DNA of 64,000 nucleotides, taken from contig NW_027361695.1 in assembly GCF_039654945.1 (NCBI RefSeq), positions 11,904,001 through 11,968,000 of the forward strand, in the 5' to 3' direction. The translations under genes and the position numbers were made by a program. Under the pieces are notes generated by a model, which was not told the DNA's origin, made no database searches, and saw only the letters and a list, made by a program, of their open reading frames with translations. This stretch comes from Dendrobates tinctorius (taxonomy: Eukaryota). Positions 48,005 to 60,739 of this stretch are shown one piece after another (within the stretch, counting starts at the first letter, position 1; each line of letters begins with the position of its first letter).

Positions 48005-50275
48005 AAGTAACAGAGACAAATACCCACCCCCACTTATTGTAAAGAGACAAAGACCCTCCCCCACTTAGTGTAGACAGACAAATACCTACCCCTTATTTCT
48101 GTAGAGACAAAGACCTGCCTCACTAACTGTAGAGACAAAGACCTGTCCTCACTTACTGTAAAGAGAAAAGCACCATCTCACTTACTGTAAAGAGACAAAG
48201 ACCCAATCCACTTGCTGTACAGCCAAAGACCCGCCCCACTTACTTTAGAGTCAAAAACCCGCCCCCACTTAATGTAGTGCCAAAGACTCACCCTCACTTA
48301 CTGTACAGACAAGGACCCCTCCCTCTTACTATAGAGACAAAGACCCACCTCCACTTACTGTAGAGACAAAGACCCACCTCCACTTACTGTAAAGACAAAG
48401 ACCCACCCCCACTTACTGTAGAGACAAAGACCCACCTCCACTTACTGTAGAGACAAAGAGCCACCCACACTTACTGTAGAGACAAAGAGCCACCTCCACT
48501 TACTGTAGAGACAAAGACTCACCCCCACTTACTGTAGAGACAAAGAGCCACCTCCACTTACTGTAGAGACAAAGACTCACCTCCACTTACTGTAGAGACA
48601 AAGAGCCACCCCCACTTACTGTAGAGACAAAGAGCCACCTCCACTTACTGTAGAGACAAAGACCCACCTCCACTTACTGTAGAGACAAAGAGCCACCCCC
48701 ACTTACTGTAGAGCCAAAGACCCACCTCCACTTACTGTAGAGACAAAGACCCACCTCCACTTACTGTAGAGACAAAGAGCCACCCACACTTACTGTAGAG
48801 ACAAAGACCCACCTCCACTTACTGTAGAGACAAAGACCCACCTCCACTTACTGTAGAGACAAAGAGCCACCCCCACTTACTGTAGAGCCAAAGACCCACC
48901 TCCACTTACTGTAGAGACAAAGACCCACCTCCACTTACTGTAGAGACAAAGAGCCACCCCCACTTACTGTAGAGACAAAGAGCCACCTCCACTTACTGTA
49001 GAGACAAAGACCCACCTCCACTTACTGTAGAGACAAAGAGCCACCCCCACTTACTGTAGAGCCAAAGACCCACCTCCACTTACTGTAGAGACAGAGACCC
49101 ACCTCCACTTACTGTAGAGACAAAGAGCCACCCACACTTACTGTAGAGACAAGGAGCCACCTCCACTTACTGTAGAGACAAAGACTCACCCCCACTTACT
49201 GTACAGACAAGGACCCCTCCCTCTTACTGTAGAGACAAAGACCCACCTCCACTTACTCTAGAGACAAAGAGCCACCCACACTTACTGTAGAGACAAAGAG
49301 CCACCTCCACTTACTGTAGAGACAAAGACTCACCCCCACTTACTGTAGAGACAAAGAGCCACCTCCACTTACTGTAGAGACAAAGACTCACCTCCACTTA
49401 CTGTAGAGACAAAGAGCCACCCCCACTTACTGTAGAGACAAAGAGCCACCTCCACTTACTGTAGAGACAAAGACCCACCTCCACTTACTGTAGAGACAAA
49501 GAGCCACCCCCACTTACTGTAGAGTCAAAGACCCACCTCCACTTACTGTAGAGACAAAGACCCACCTCCACTTACTGAAGAGACAAAGAGCCACCCACAC
49601 TTACTGTAGAGACAAAGAGCCACCTCCACTTACTGTAGAGACAAAGACTCACCCCCACTTACTGTAGAGACAAAGAGCCACCTCCACTTACTGTAGAGAT
49701 AAAGACTCACCTCCACTTACTGTAGAGACAAAGAGCCACCCCCACTTACTGTAGAGACAAAGAGCCACCTCCACTTACTGTAGAGACAAAGACTCACCCC
49801 CACTTACTGTAGAGACAAAGAGCTACCTCCACTTACTGTAGAGACAAAGACACACCTCCACTTACTGTAGAGACAAAGAGCCACCCCCACTTACTGTAGA
49901 GACAAAGAGCCACCTCCACTTACTGTAGAGACAAAGACCCACCTCCACTTACTGTAGAGACAAAGAGCCACCCCCACTTACTGTAGAGACAAAGAGCCAC
50001 CTCCACTTACTGTAGAGACAAAGACTCACCTGAACTTACTGTAGAGACAAAGAGCCACCCCCACTTACTGTAGAGACAAAGACTCACCCGCACTTACTGG
50101 AGAGACAAAGTCCCACCTCCACTTACTGTAGATACAAAGACCCACCCCCACTTACTGTAGAGACAAAGACCCCTCCCTCTTACTGTGCAGACAAAGACCC
50201 ACCCCCTCTTACTGTAGAGACAAAGACCCACCTTCATTTACTGTAGAGACAAAGACTCACCTCCACTTACTGTAA
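48005..50275. repeat. 29-bp minisatellite (AGAGACAAAGASCCACCYCCACTTACTGT)n, roughly 75 copies
   Basis: Homogeneous core with degenerate edges. Confidence 0.95.
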
Positions 50276-52842
50276 CTTGTCTTGGTATCTTTGCTGCTAG
50301 AGATGGATTACACCTAACAACAGGCAGATTGTTCAAGTTATGTAGAAGGTAGACAGCCAGTAATCGGCCACAGCACAATTTTTAAAGTGATTTTTTAGAG
50401 TGATTGAAAATATAAATAAATTACGGTGAACATTCAGTCCTAGGAAAACCTTTGTGTTGTCATGAAAACTACAGGGAAAGATGACGTCATTAAACCTAAA
50501 TAAAGAATCCAGTCTTTACCTGGCAGAGTCTGTGTTGTTCTCGGTTCCTGCACTGTCAGGTTGCGATTGCACACATATAAATAAATATAACCGCCAGAGT
50601 CATTTGTACATTTTTATAGCCAAGAATCTAACAGTTGAGTGTAATATATCCATGGGATGAGCTCTGAGCTATCGCTTGTAAATCAGTCAATGAATAATAG
50701 TCATGTGAAAAGACTACCCCACGTCTAAAGGTAGAAGGCGCTATCAAAACTCTGTTATGCGCAACACCACATCCTAAATCCTACAGGTGACGGATTATAG
50801 AATGTTCTAGATGATTAGATTGCATAAGGACACATCGGGTACCAATGCAGCCAAATATAAATTTGGCACATTACTTATACTTGTCAACTGTCCTGAGATG
50901 TTTTTATGTAAACCCCACCCAAAAGTGAGCATTCTAGGGTGCGCCAAGGGTTCTCCAAAGAGGTGGTGGAGCTGAGGTCAGGTCTTAAACCATCCCAGAA
51001 ATGTTGTCAAGAGTCTTTAAAGTGAACCTGTCATCAAGTTTCCTTCTTCTAAAGTGTTGCTATCATGTTTTGTGCAATCAAACCAACAATCCTAACGTCC
51101 TTACGTCGCCTCCAAAAATGATCTTTGAATATTGTTTTCGCTACATACTAATGAGCTCTAAGTGGACCAATAGGTGTCTAAAGACCTTGACGCCTGCTAT
51201 CCTAGTCCTTCTGATGACAGGTCCCCTTTATTTGCAGCACAGTATGTTCAGTAACAGAACTTTTTAGAAATCCATCATCCATCATCTACCAGGAATAGTC
51301 TCCTGAAACAAGCCCATTTTCATCTGGGTATTTGGACTTTTGTTCTCTTGGGATCATCCTCTATGAAATATCGTAGGGAGCCGCCCAGTAGGGTCCAGTC
51401 CACTGATACATTACTTGGACAGGTACTAATTTGATTGGCACCATTTAATGCCACACACGCTGCAGGTGAAAGTGAATCTGGAATGCTGGGAGGTGAAGAG
51501 GATGGACCTACATGCCATATCATTTATTGCTTTTTGGGGGGAATACAGGTCCTCATATAGGTATCATGGACAGTTCAACATTGCCTAGAGACCTACAGGC
51601 ATCTTCATTCAGGGTTCAGTCTGTCATTGTGCAGGACCAGTGTCAAATAGGTATTGTGCTGTTGGGGGGAGGTGAGAAGGACCTTAAAAGTAGGAACTGT
51701 TTGAGCATATATGGTACCTAGAGTTGTGCACAACCTCTAAGACATGGTCGGGTTCTTCAGTGTAACACAGGTGCCCCATACGCTACAAAAGTGTCCCCTT
51801 GATCCAGTGATGGTGGAAATTTCAAAACTGAGTGTATTAACTTCAGATCTTTGGGCACAACCAACCGATTTATAAAGTCACACGCATCAACTTATTTTTT
51901 ATAGAAGAGGTGGTTTTATGGAGTGAACACGTAAGGTCCCAAAGTGACACTTAGCATTTGATGCAGCAGAAAGTTGGTGAGAATATCAACAGAATAGGTG
52001 ATAAGTTGCCGATCCCTGGAGTCCTGACTGCTGGAACCTCCACTAATCCACTGCTTGAATGCTCCTTTCATTGTTTATGAGATGGAGATGACAGCCGAGT
52101 ACAGTGCTTGCCAACCTACATCAGTCCCTTAAAATTTGAAAGGAACGTTATTGTTTATTACCAACCACGTCTCCATTCCTATGGTGGACTCCAGAGCTCT
52201 ATTCTTCAATGGTCACTCAGAACACCAGTGTTCGGCAACTTATGACCTCACTGGTGGATAGATAATACATTGATTAAATCAATTCCTTTAAGCAACTTTC
52301 AGTTGCAACCACCAATTTCAGGGTGTTCCCCCAAGATTAATAAATGAGCTTGTTGTTTTGAACCCTCAACCCTGTTTTGGGGTTCTAAATCCTCATCTTC
52401 ATCATGTAACCCTGTGGCACAGGACACTGCCATGTGCATAAATCGACGAGTGGAAAATCCTTTGGAATCCATTGTCTGAATGAAACGTGTTTAGGATCTG
52501 AGTGGGATTAACTTTCGATCTTCCCAAGAGTAGAACATTGTCTTCTTGGCCAGTTCCTCCTTACTCCACCTGTATGTAGTAGGTGCTATTCTAGCATGCA
52601 TAGACTAGCCTGGTATTAATAATGTGGTTTCATGTGTTGTAACTATCTCTTTATATCACGGATGGCAATGTTTGTAGCTTTCGGCTTGACCTCCTCTGAA
52701 TTCTATGATCATGCGAGTAATGTTGTATCTAGATAAACACTTTTGGTAATACTAAGTGCTCCGCTGGTCATTACTTGTGTCTACAACCAAAACACACCTT
52801 TGTGAGGTGTAATGTTTCTCTGGAAGGAGTGGCCCTGCTCGG

Positions 52843-52847
52843 TATAA
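52843..52847 (+). promoter_or_regulatory. Candidate TATA box of the cadherin gene
   Basis: TATAAGAA ~60 nt upstream of the signal-peptide ATG. Confidence 0.4.
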
Positions 52848-52906
52848 GAAATCATCTAGTGGCAGTATTGTAAGGTCACACAGGTCTGCTCTTCATCATT
52901 AGCAGG

Positions 52907-52949
52907 ATGAGCGTGCGACTGCTGCCGTTATTGTTCAGCATTTTTCAAG
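52907..52949 (+). CDS. Cadherin exon 1 (signal peptide)
   Basis: ATG AGC GTG...TTT CAA G|gttag; hydrophobic, and its phase matches the next exon. Confidence 0.72.
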
Positions 52950-53575
52950 GTTAGTCTATATGACTTTGATATTTCGGCTTGTGCCTAGTTCAAAGGCATT
53001 GGCGTAGCTGTGCTGTAGTTATATGGGGGGCAGACATAGTCATATCTATGCTTTGACACCTTGGGGGCCCTTACGGAGTATAAGAAGATGCTAGTTTTGG
53101 AACATGTCAGAAAAAGTCAACTGTTGACCCTTGAATTTCGGCCACAGTTTTGCCATTTAAAGAAACAACTTTCACCAGGTTTTTGCTATGTAATATGAGA
53201 GCAGCATAATGTGTTGGCAGGGATCCTGATTCCAATGATGTGTCACTTACTGGTCTACCTGGAGTAGTTTTGATAAAATCACTGTCTGCTGCAAATCTAG
53301 CAGTGCTTTGAATGCTCAGCTCTGTATAACCCCACCCCCACACCACTGATTGGCCAGTTTCTGCGTACAGTGTGCATAGGCAGAAAGCTGCTAATCAGTG
53401 CTGGGGGCGGGGTTACACAGAGCAGGAGTACTTGGAGGCACAAGGCAACTAGTAATAATCTCCTGGTGATAAAACAATGATTTTATGGAAGGAAAAACAA
53501 TACACAGTCCCGTAAGTAACACATCACGGGAGATGGTCTCATCACCTACATCAGATTACAGAGCAAATACCTGCT

Positions 53576-53607
<32 letters not shown>

Positions 53608-56600
53608 GTATATATATTATATACAGTCTTCTGTCATTTGCTTTCCTCTTCATCAGTGATTTATTCTGCTCCAACATTAAATTTGCCAAACAACGTGACC
53701 ATTCCGGAAAATGCCCCTCGAAGCACGCTGGTGGCCAAGATCACGGCGACTGCTCTACAATATGATTCGATAGTCGGAGCACCTTTTATAGTGAACTCAA
53801 ATCCAGTGACGCACCCATTCACGATTATTCGAAAAGCTGTGAATTACTGGGAGGTAAGAAAAGCTACTGATTCCGATCTGCGCTTTTATAATAGTTGAAT
53901 CACCATTAAAAATTCAGTTTTTTTTTTTCATCTCCTGCAGTTTATTTAGTGGCATCGGATCATTTTTCTATGTAGATTCAGATTAACTGGAATTTATTTC
54001 CCATGTCGATGTCGCTGTGATAACTATTGATATAATTCAGGGAAGATGATGAACAGGTTCTAGATCTAAGGGATTTGGGGGCAAGCTGTTCCCTTGTAAA
54101 TGACACATCACATTACTTAGCCTTTGTGAAAACAATATATTTATTGGATATATAGTACAGTCTTGCTCTTTTATAAAATATATCACAGTTTATTGTGGAC
54201 TATTGGAAAGATAAATCTAAAGTAGATATTTTATTGACCTACATGTATGTAAAGTTTTAGCTCCAAAGCACTGAGTCATTCTCAAACAATATTTTGGAAC
54301 TAAAAGGTGTTATACATAAAAGTCAATAAAATACCCCATTTTTTCACCTGCACATTTTCAGTGACACCTGTTTTGTTTCTTTATATTTCGAGGGAACACA
54401 AGTAAAATCAAAATGCTAATTTTAAATGAAAGTTATTATTATTAAGGGAAAAAGAAATCCAAACCTACAGGGCCCTGTGTGAAAAATGATTGCCCCCTTA
54501 ACCTAATAACTGGTTGGGCCGACCTTAGAAGCATCAACTGCAATCAATTGTTTGCGATAACTGGCATTGAGTCTTGTACAACGCTCTGGCGGAGTCTTGG
54601 CCCACTCATCTTTGCAGAATTGTTGTAATTCAGCCACATTGGAGAGTTTCCGAGCATGAAACTCCTTTTTAAGGTCACGCCACAGCATCGCAATTAAGGT
54701 CAGGACTTTGACTAGGCCACTCCAAAGTCTTAATTTTGTTTTTCTTAAACCATTCAGAGGTGGACTTGCTGGTGTGTTTTGGATCATTGTCCTGCTGCAT
54801 AACCCATGTGCGCTTCAGCTTGAGGTCACGAACGGATGGCGGGACATTCTCCTTCAGGATTTTTTGGTAGATAGCAGATTTAATGGTTCCATTTACCACA
54901 TCAAGTCTTCCAGTTCCTGAAGCAGCAAAACAGCCCCAGACAATGACACTACCACCAACACATCTTACTGTTAGTATGATGTTCCTTTTCTGAAATGCTG
55001 TGTTACTTCTACGCTAGATGTAATGGAACAAATACCTTCCGTTCAACTGTTCTTTCATCAGTCCACAGAGTATTCTCCCAAAAGTCTGAGGATCATCAAG
55101 ATGTTTTCAGGAAAAACAGAGACGAGTCTTTGTTCTTATTGCTCAGCAGTTACAGTATTTTCATCCTTGGACTATGCCATGCAGGCCAACTTTGCCCAGT
55201 CTCTTTCTAATGGTGGAGTCATGAACACTAATCTTAACTGAGACAAGGAGGGTTGCAGTTCTTTGGATGTTGTTGTGGGGTCTTTTGTGACCTATTTGAT
55301 GAGTCGTCGCTGTGCTCTTGGGATAATTTTGGTCAGCCAGCCCCTCTTAGGAAGATTCACCACTGTTCCATATTTTTGCCAACCGTGGATAATGGCTCTC
55401 ACTGTGGTTCGCTAGAGTCCTAAAGCTTTACAAATGGCTTTATAACCTTTTCCAGACTGATAAATCTCAATTACTTTGTTTCTCATTTGCTCCAGAATTT
55501 CTTTGGATCACGGCATGATGTCTAGCTTTTGAGGAGCTTTTGTTCTAGTTCACTTTGTAAGGTAGGTCCTATTTAAGTGATTTCTTGATTGAGAATAGGT
55601 ATGGCAGTAATCAGGCCTGCATGTGGATAGGGAATTTGAGCTCTGCTTCCCAAACATGTGATAAACCACATTTAATTTGTGTTTTAAGGGGGGCAGTCAC
55701 TTTCTCACACAGGGCCCTGTAGGTTTGGATTTCTTTTTCCCTTAATAATAAAGAACTTCATATTAAAACTATACTTTGTGTTTACTTGTGTTATCATTGT
55801 CTAATTTTTAAATTGGTTTGGTGATCTGAAACATTTAAGTGTGACAAAAATGCAAAACAATAGGAAATCAGGAAGGGGCAAACACTTTTTCACCCAACTA
55901 TACATATGTATGTATGTACATTTCTGACAGAGGCGCATGGCACTTGTAAGATTCATAATTTATTAAGTGGTGTCCGCCTTTTAATGAATTAGGCACATGT
56001 AACTCCAGTGGCCCCATTCATTAAGTCTGGCTTGTACAACGCCAGCGTTAGAGTCAGGGCCATTGTTCTCATTAGTACATCGCCCGGTGTAAACAGGAGA
56101 TGTGCTGCCGATAACATATGTATGTATGGGAACAGAATGAACTATTGGTGATCATTCTAACCCCTTCGTTCTTCTTCGGCCTGTTTAAGGAGAAGATTGT
56201 TGTACATAGAAAAAGGATATGGGATCTCAAGAAATGCAGGGTTTGGAGAGTTTTGCTGATGTCCCAGAATGTGATGACATGATTATATTCAAATAAATGT
56301 TTTATTTTTTTGTTTAAGAATAAATATGGGAAAAAAATAAGACATCCCCTGAAAATAAGCTCAATTGGAATTTCTTCAGTCAAGCCTTTTGTTTTCGGAA
56401 GTGTCTGGTAATAAGACATGGTCTTTAAGACCATGTCTTATTACCAGACACTTCCGAAAACAAAAGGTTTGACTGAAGAAATTCCAATTGTCTAATCCTT
56501 CTCCTCTCTGACATCATCTCTCGGAGCCCCTCATGGACACCAGATGGTCGGACGGTCCCCCCAACATTTGGCTGACTTGAGAAAACCACCTCCTTCTCCC

Positions 56601-59600
56601 GTTATCTCCACTTTCAGATCCCACAAGGATCTGGATTGACACATGTGACATATTTTTTCTACGCTTTATGGTGGATGATTGTTTCTTCTTTTCTTTGTCC
56701 ATTTTTCTAACCAGCTAATAACAACCAGTACACCCAAGCTGGACTTTGAAGCCGTCCCTCTATACACCCTTCAAATCCTCGTTGAAGACAGTAAAGGGAC
56801 CACAGCCACTCAGTCCATTGTCATTGAGATATCCAAGGTCAACAAACCCCCAGTGTTCACCGGAACTTTGGCCGAAAAAGGTAAATTGAACCCGATATAT
56901 GGGATGGGATTAATCACTCTTGAGTTCAATGCATGATAAAAAAAAGTATTGACAACCAGATAGCATTGAAATAAATATCCATCTTTTATCATCAGGGTTA
57001 TCTGCTCTGATTATTATATTTGCTTATTGTGGTCAGAGCTGTATTTTTCTTAAGAGAGCTCCAAATCTATGGCATAAGCAAGGGGTGACATGATAATATG
57101 CGGTCTACATGCAGACACCACTAGGGGGAGCTTACTGTATACTGATCTACTATTAAGTCTATGAACTGTATGCAGTGAGCTCGTAGTCTCCCTCTAGTGG
57201 TGGCTGCAGGTGGAAATAATTCTGTCTGTCTGTACTGGGTACCGTATTTAGAGTTCTGGATCATGTAGCAGAATAGTAAATGCATCTGTGGTTGATGATG
57301 GGCTACTATACATGAAATAGTTTAAGATAAATGCATAACAAGTGGTGTTCAACTTTTTAAGTGAACTACATATATATATAAGACATGAAGCAAAAATGAA
57401 TCTACCCTTTAAAGTGACACTCAGCAAAAGTTTTTTTTTGAGTAAGGCCAGTTTATTGAGTTTGTGAAACACTAGCGAAGACCTGGCCAAATCGCTGGGT
57501 CTTCTGACCTGAGCTAAATGCCTCATTTATTCTCATAGGGCAGTTTTCTTAAGTCAAGAGACTGGGAACTTGGGCTGGGTCTGCTCATCTGAGCATGGAG
57601 TCGGCCTGAGGGCTATAGCTTGTAGTGATGAGCGAATGTGCTGGGATAAGGTGTTATCTGAGCATGCTCGGGTGCTGAGTGCTTTCGGCGTGCTCAAATA
57701 ATATGTTCGAGTCCCCGTGGCGGCATGTCTCGCAGCTGTTCGACAGCCAGAACACATGCAGGGATTGTTTTTAGGGAACTGAAACAATATGTTGGACTTT
57801 GAGCATTTGCTGGAATGCAGCTTTAAAAGGGATCATGTCTATATTTGTATTCATAAAAATCTCCTTTGTGCTGTTCCTCTATCAGCCTGGTGTCACAATT
57901 TCAGTAGTCAAAAGGTTGTGTCCCTATATGGTCTGTCGCCATCAGCATGAATTGTATAGTGTCACAGTGTACAAGGATCCAAGGGGTAACATTTCTCCTC
58001 GTGGAGAGTGACATGTCATGCCTGACATGCCAAGGTGAGGAGACTTTTAAGCCTTGCAATGCTCCTCTGGGTACAATGCAAATTCTCTTCAGAGAGGAAG
58101 AGGACTAGAACTCTAGCACCACCTATAGGAAGTAGCAATCCTAAAAGTCAATATCGATTCTCTAATGAGCCTTGTCACATGACTTAGGATAAAAGACAAA
58201 AACAAAATCTCAAATTACAGACAGTGTGTTTCGGGATACTGCCCCTCGTCAGTGCAAAGTGTGAGATCTGACAAATTGAGATTTTGGCTTTTATCCTGCA
58301 AATTGTCTCTTCAGAGAGGAAGAGGATTAGAACTCTAGTGCCACCTATTGGAAGTAGCAATCCTATTTCCCAGAGGAGCATCGCGGCTTTAAGTCTCCTC
58401 ATCTCGGCATGCTTAGGCTGGTTTCACACTTGCGTTTTTTTGAGCTGTATTTTAGCGCTAAAAAACGCATGCGCTTTTTTTCCTATATTTTGCATGGGAT
58501 GCGCTTATGTGCGCATACACATGCGTTTGTATGCGTTTTTACACGCATGCGTTTTTTTGTGTGTGCTCGGGCATACAAAATGCATCCTGTTGCATTTTTT
58601 GGGCGTCCGACTTGCGTTTTTTTTACAGCAAGACACCCATTATAGTCTATGGGTGCGCATATGTGCGCATTGGCATGCTCATGTATGCGTTTTTTTGCGC
58701 ATGCGTTTTTTTGTTGACCATTGGTTAGACAATGGAAATTAGGGGTTTGGGTTAGAGTTAGGGTTAGTTAAGGGGGTCTAGGGTTAGGGTTTGGGTTAGG
58801 GTTAGTATGGTTTGGTTAAGGGTTAGGGTTTAGGGTTAGTTAGGGTTTAGGGTTAGGGTTAGGGTTTGGGTTAGGGTTAGTAGGGTTTAGTTAAGGGTTA
58901 GGGTTAGTATGGTTTGGTTAAGGGTTAGGGTTAGGGTCAGGGTTAGGGTTAGGGTTAGGGTTAGGGTATGGTTTGGTTAAGGGTTAGGGTTAGTAAAGTC
59001 ATGGTTTGGGTTAGTGTGAGGGGCCAACTAATGTTGGAAAAAAACGCAAACGTGGTAAAAACGCATATAAACGCATAAAAACGCTGCATTTTTTTATGCA
59101 TGCTCATAAAAATGCTTGAAAAAAACGCAGCATTTGTATGCGTTTGTATGCATTTTTTCCATGCGTTTTTTTGCGGGAAAAATGTGCTGCAAAACAAAGC
59201 AAGTGTGAAAGTAGCATGTCAATCTCTACAGGAGAAATGATACTTCTTGCTTTTATCCTAAGTCATGTAACAAGGCTCGTTATAGACACAATGCTGACTT
59301 TTAAGATTGCTACTTCCTATAGGTTGCGATAGAGTTCCAGTCCGCTTAGTCTCTGAAGAAATAATTTGTAGTGTACAGGGAAACACCCCAATGACAGTCG
59401 GAATGGTGACACATTGTTATCAATTTATTCTTACATTTCCAGGAAGAACAGCAGAGGCACAATGCAGAGTTAGGCTAAAAAAAAAATGCCCTAGGATTGT
59501 TGTTTCTTGGGAAAAATTCAAGTATTTATTAAAACAGGCATGTCAATAGAGGTGATGGGACGGCTTACATTCCTTTGTGGACCCTTTCTGCACAAATCAT

Positions 59601-59756
59601 TGGATGTTTTGTGTTGGAAACAATGAAGATAACTTCCCAAATTGTAAGTCAGGCGTTTCTCTTACAGATGCCGAGATTTATATTCCTGAAAATACTCCTG
59701 TTTCCACCATCATTTACAAAGTGGCGGCCAAGGACCCGGATAAAGATGTTCTGCAG
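52907..59756 (+). CDS. Cadherin-related family member (CDHR3/CDHR4-like; probably CDHR18 by synteny), 5' partial, join(52907..52949,53657..53853,56715..56880,59668..59756)
   Basis: Signal peptide MSVRLLPLLFSIFQVIYS; EC1 IPENAP...LDFE...YTLQILVED; EC2 IPENTPVSTIIYKVAAKDPD; phases 1/0/1 consistent. The gene continues beyond the visible exons. Confidence 0.88.
53657..53853 (+). CDS. Cadherin exon 2 (EC1 N-half)
   Basis: catcag|TG ATT TAT...TGG GAG|gtaag; PEN motif. Confidence 0.88.
54360..55900 (-). mobile_element. Degenerate Tc1 transposon
   Basis: QQDNDPKHTSKST, WPSQSPDLN; inverted repeats 54430-54495 / 55688-55760. Confidence 0.88.
56362..56490. repeat. Near-perfect 129-bp palindrome (64-bp arms, 1-nt centre)
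   Basis: caattggaatt...catggtctt-t-aagaccatg...aattccaattg with one mismatch. Confidence 0.92.
56715..56880 (+). CDS. Cadherin exon 3 (EC1 C-half, linker)
   Basis: ccag|CTA ATA ACA...GAA AAA G|gtaaa; LDFE, VNKPPVF. Confidence 0.9.
57623..57780. mobile_element. hAT-like MITE fragment
   Basis: tagtgatgagcgaa start, homologous to 8341. Confidence 0.6.
58415..59215. mobile_element. Harbinger-like MITE with a central telomeric array, nested in another palindromic MITE (~58030-59375)
   Basis: TIRs ggctggtttcacacttgc / gcaagtgtgaaagtagc; aaaacgcatgcgtttt subterminal repeats. Confidence 0.7.
58739..59015 (+). repeat. Interstitial telomeric-like (TTAGGG)n with variants
   Basis: Runs of ttaggg interspersed with tttggg, tcaggg and tagtatggtttggttaaggg. 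Confidence 0.9.
59668..59756 (+). CDS. Cadherin exon 4 (EC2 start)
   Basis: tacag|AT GCC GAG...CTG CAG|gtga; IPENT, AKDPD. Confidence 0.9.
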
Positions 59757-60659
59757 GTGACAATCACGCAGCTTATATTGATGTTAATTAATCTGAAATG
59801 CTCCGATACATCTGATCGCTGATGTTTAAATATTTACATGTCACTGCCAATATCCCTATCGGGGGGGCTTTTAAGTGGCACGATTAGTTCCCCCGATGGG
59901 ATCGTACGGTGCTTATTGTCCTGGCTGCCATCTACGTTTTCCTGTGAAGTCCAGCCTTTGGACCTTTTTAAACAATTTTTTTTTAATAAAAATATGAAAA
60001 CTTTTACAAAAACTCAAAACACCTTCTTTATTTAGTTTAAAAATCGAGAAATAAAATAAATAAATAAAATAAATCTTTTAAATTCGCATCTGTAAAATTC
60101 CGATCTATCAAAATATAAAATGAATAAACTTGAAAAATGTAAACAACGAGAAGAAAATGAAAACACCAAATTTGCAATATTTTGGTTGCCACATCTCTTT
60201 TAAGAAACGCTATAAAAGAGGTGATGAATGGTATTAATAAAAACGTCAACTCGCTACATAGAAATCGCGTTAAAAAAATGGTACACATCTCAGAAAACGG
60301 CGCCACAAACAAAATAGTTTTTTTTTTGTTTTTTTTACATATGTCCAACATTTTTTTTTCTCCACTTAAATAACGAAACACTCCAAAAACAATAGCTGCG
60401 AAATTGTGGTGTTGTTTGTTTTTTTTTTCAACACTTTACCTCATTTCATTTTTTTTTCCCTTTTTCACAATACATTATTTGTTAAAACGAACGGTTTCAT
60501 TCAAAGCAACAGCTTGTCCCAAAAGCCCTAATTTGGCTAAGTCAATGAAAAATTAAAATAAAAAGAAAGGTATGGTTCATGTAAGAAGGGGAGGAAAATA
60601 TGAGAATGCAGAAAACAACAATTGGACATGGCACAAAGGGTTTAATGCTGTGGCTGTTC

Positions 60660-60660
60660 A

Positions 60661-60726
<66 letters not shown>

Positions 60727-60739
60727 ATCTATGTATCTA
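60660..60739. repeat. (TATC)n microsatellite, left part
   Basis: Direct observation. Confidence 0.95.

Noticed and set aside
41230-52900. SNTN or another gene between C3orf49 and the cadherin
   Set aside because: No exon with recognisable similarity; ORF 41385..41750 has no motif and probably overlaps the C3orf49 5' UTR/promoter.
58739-59015. Chromosome end or telomere-fusion site
   Set aside because: Single orientation, short, intronic and enclosed by MITE ends.
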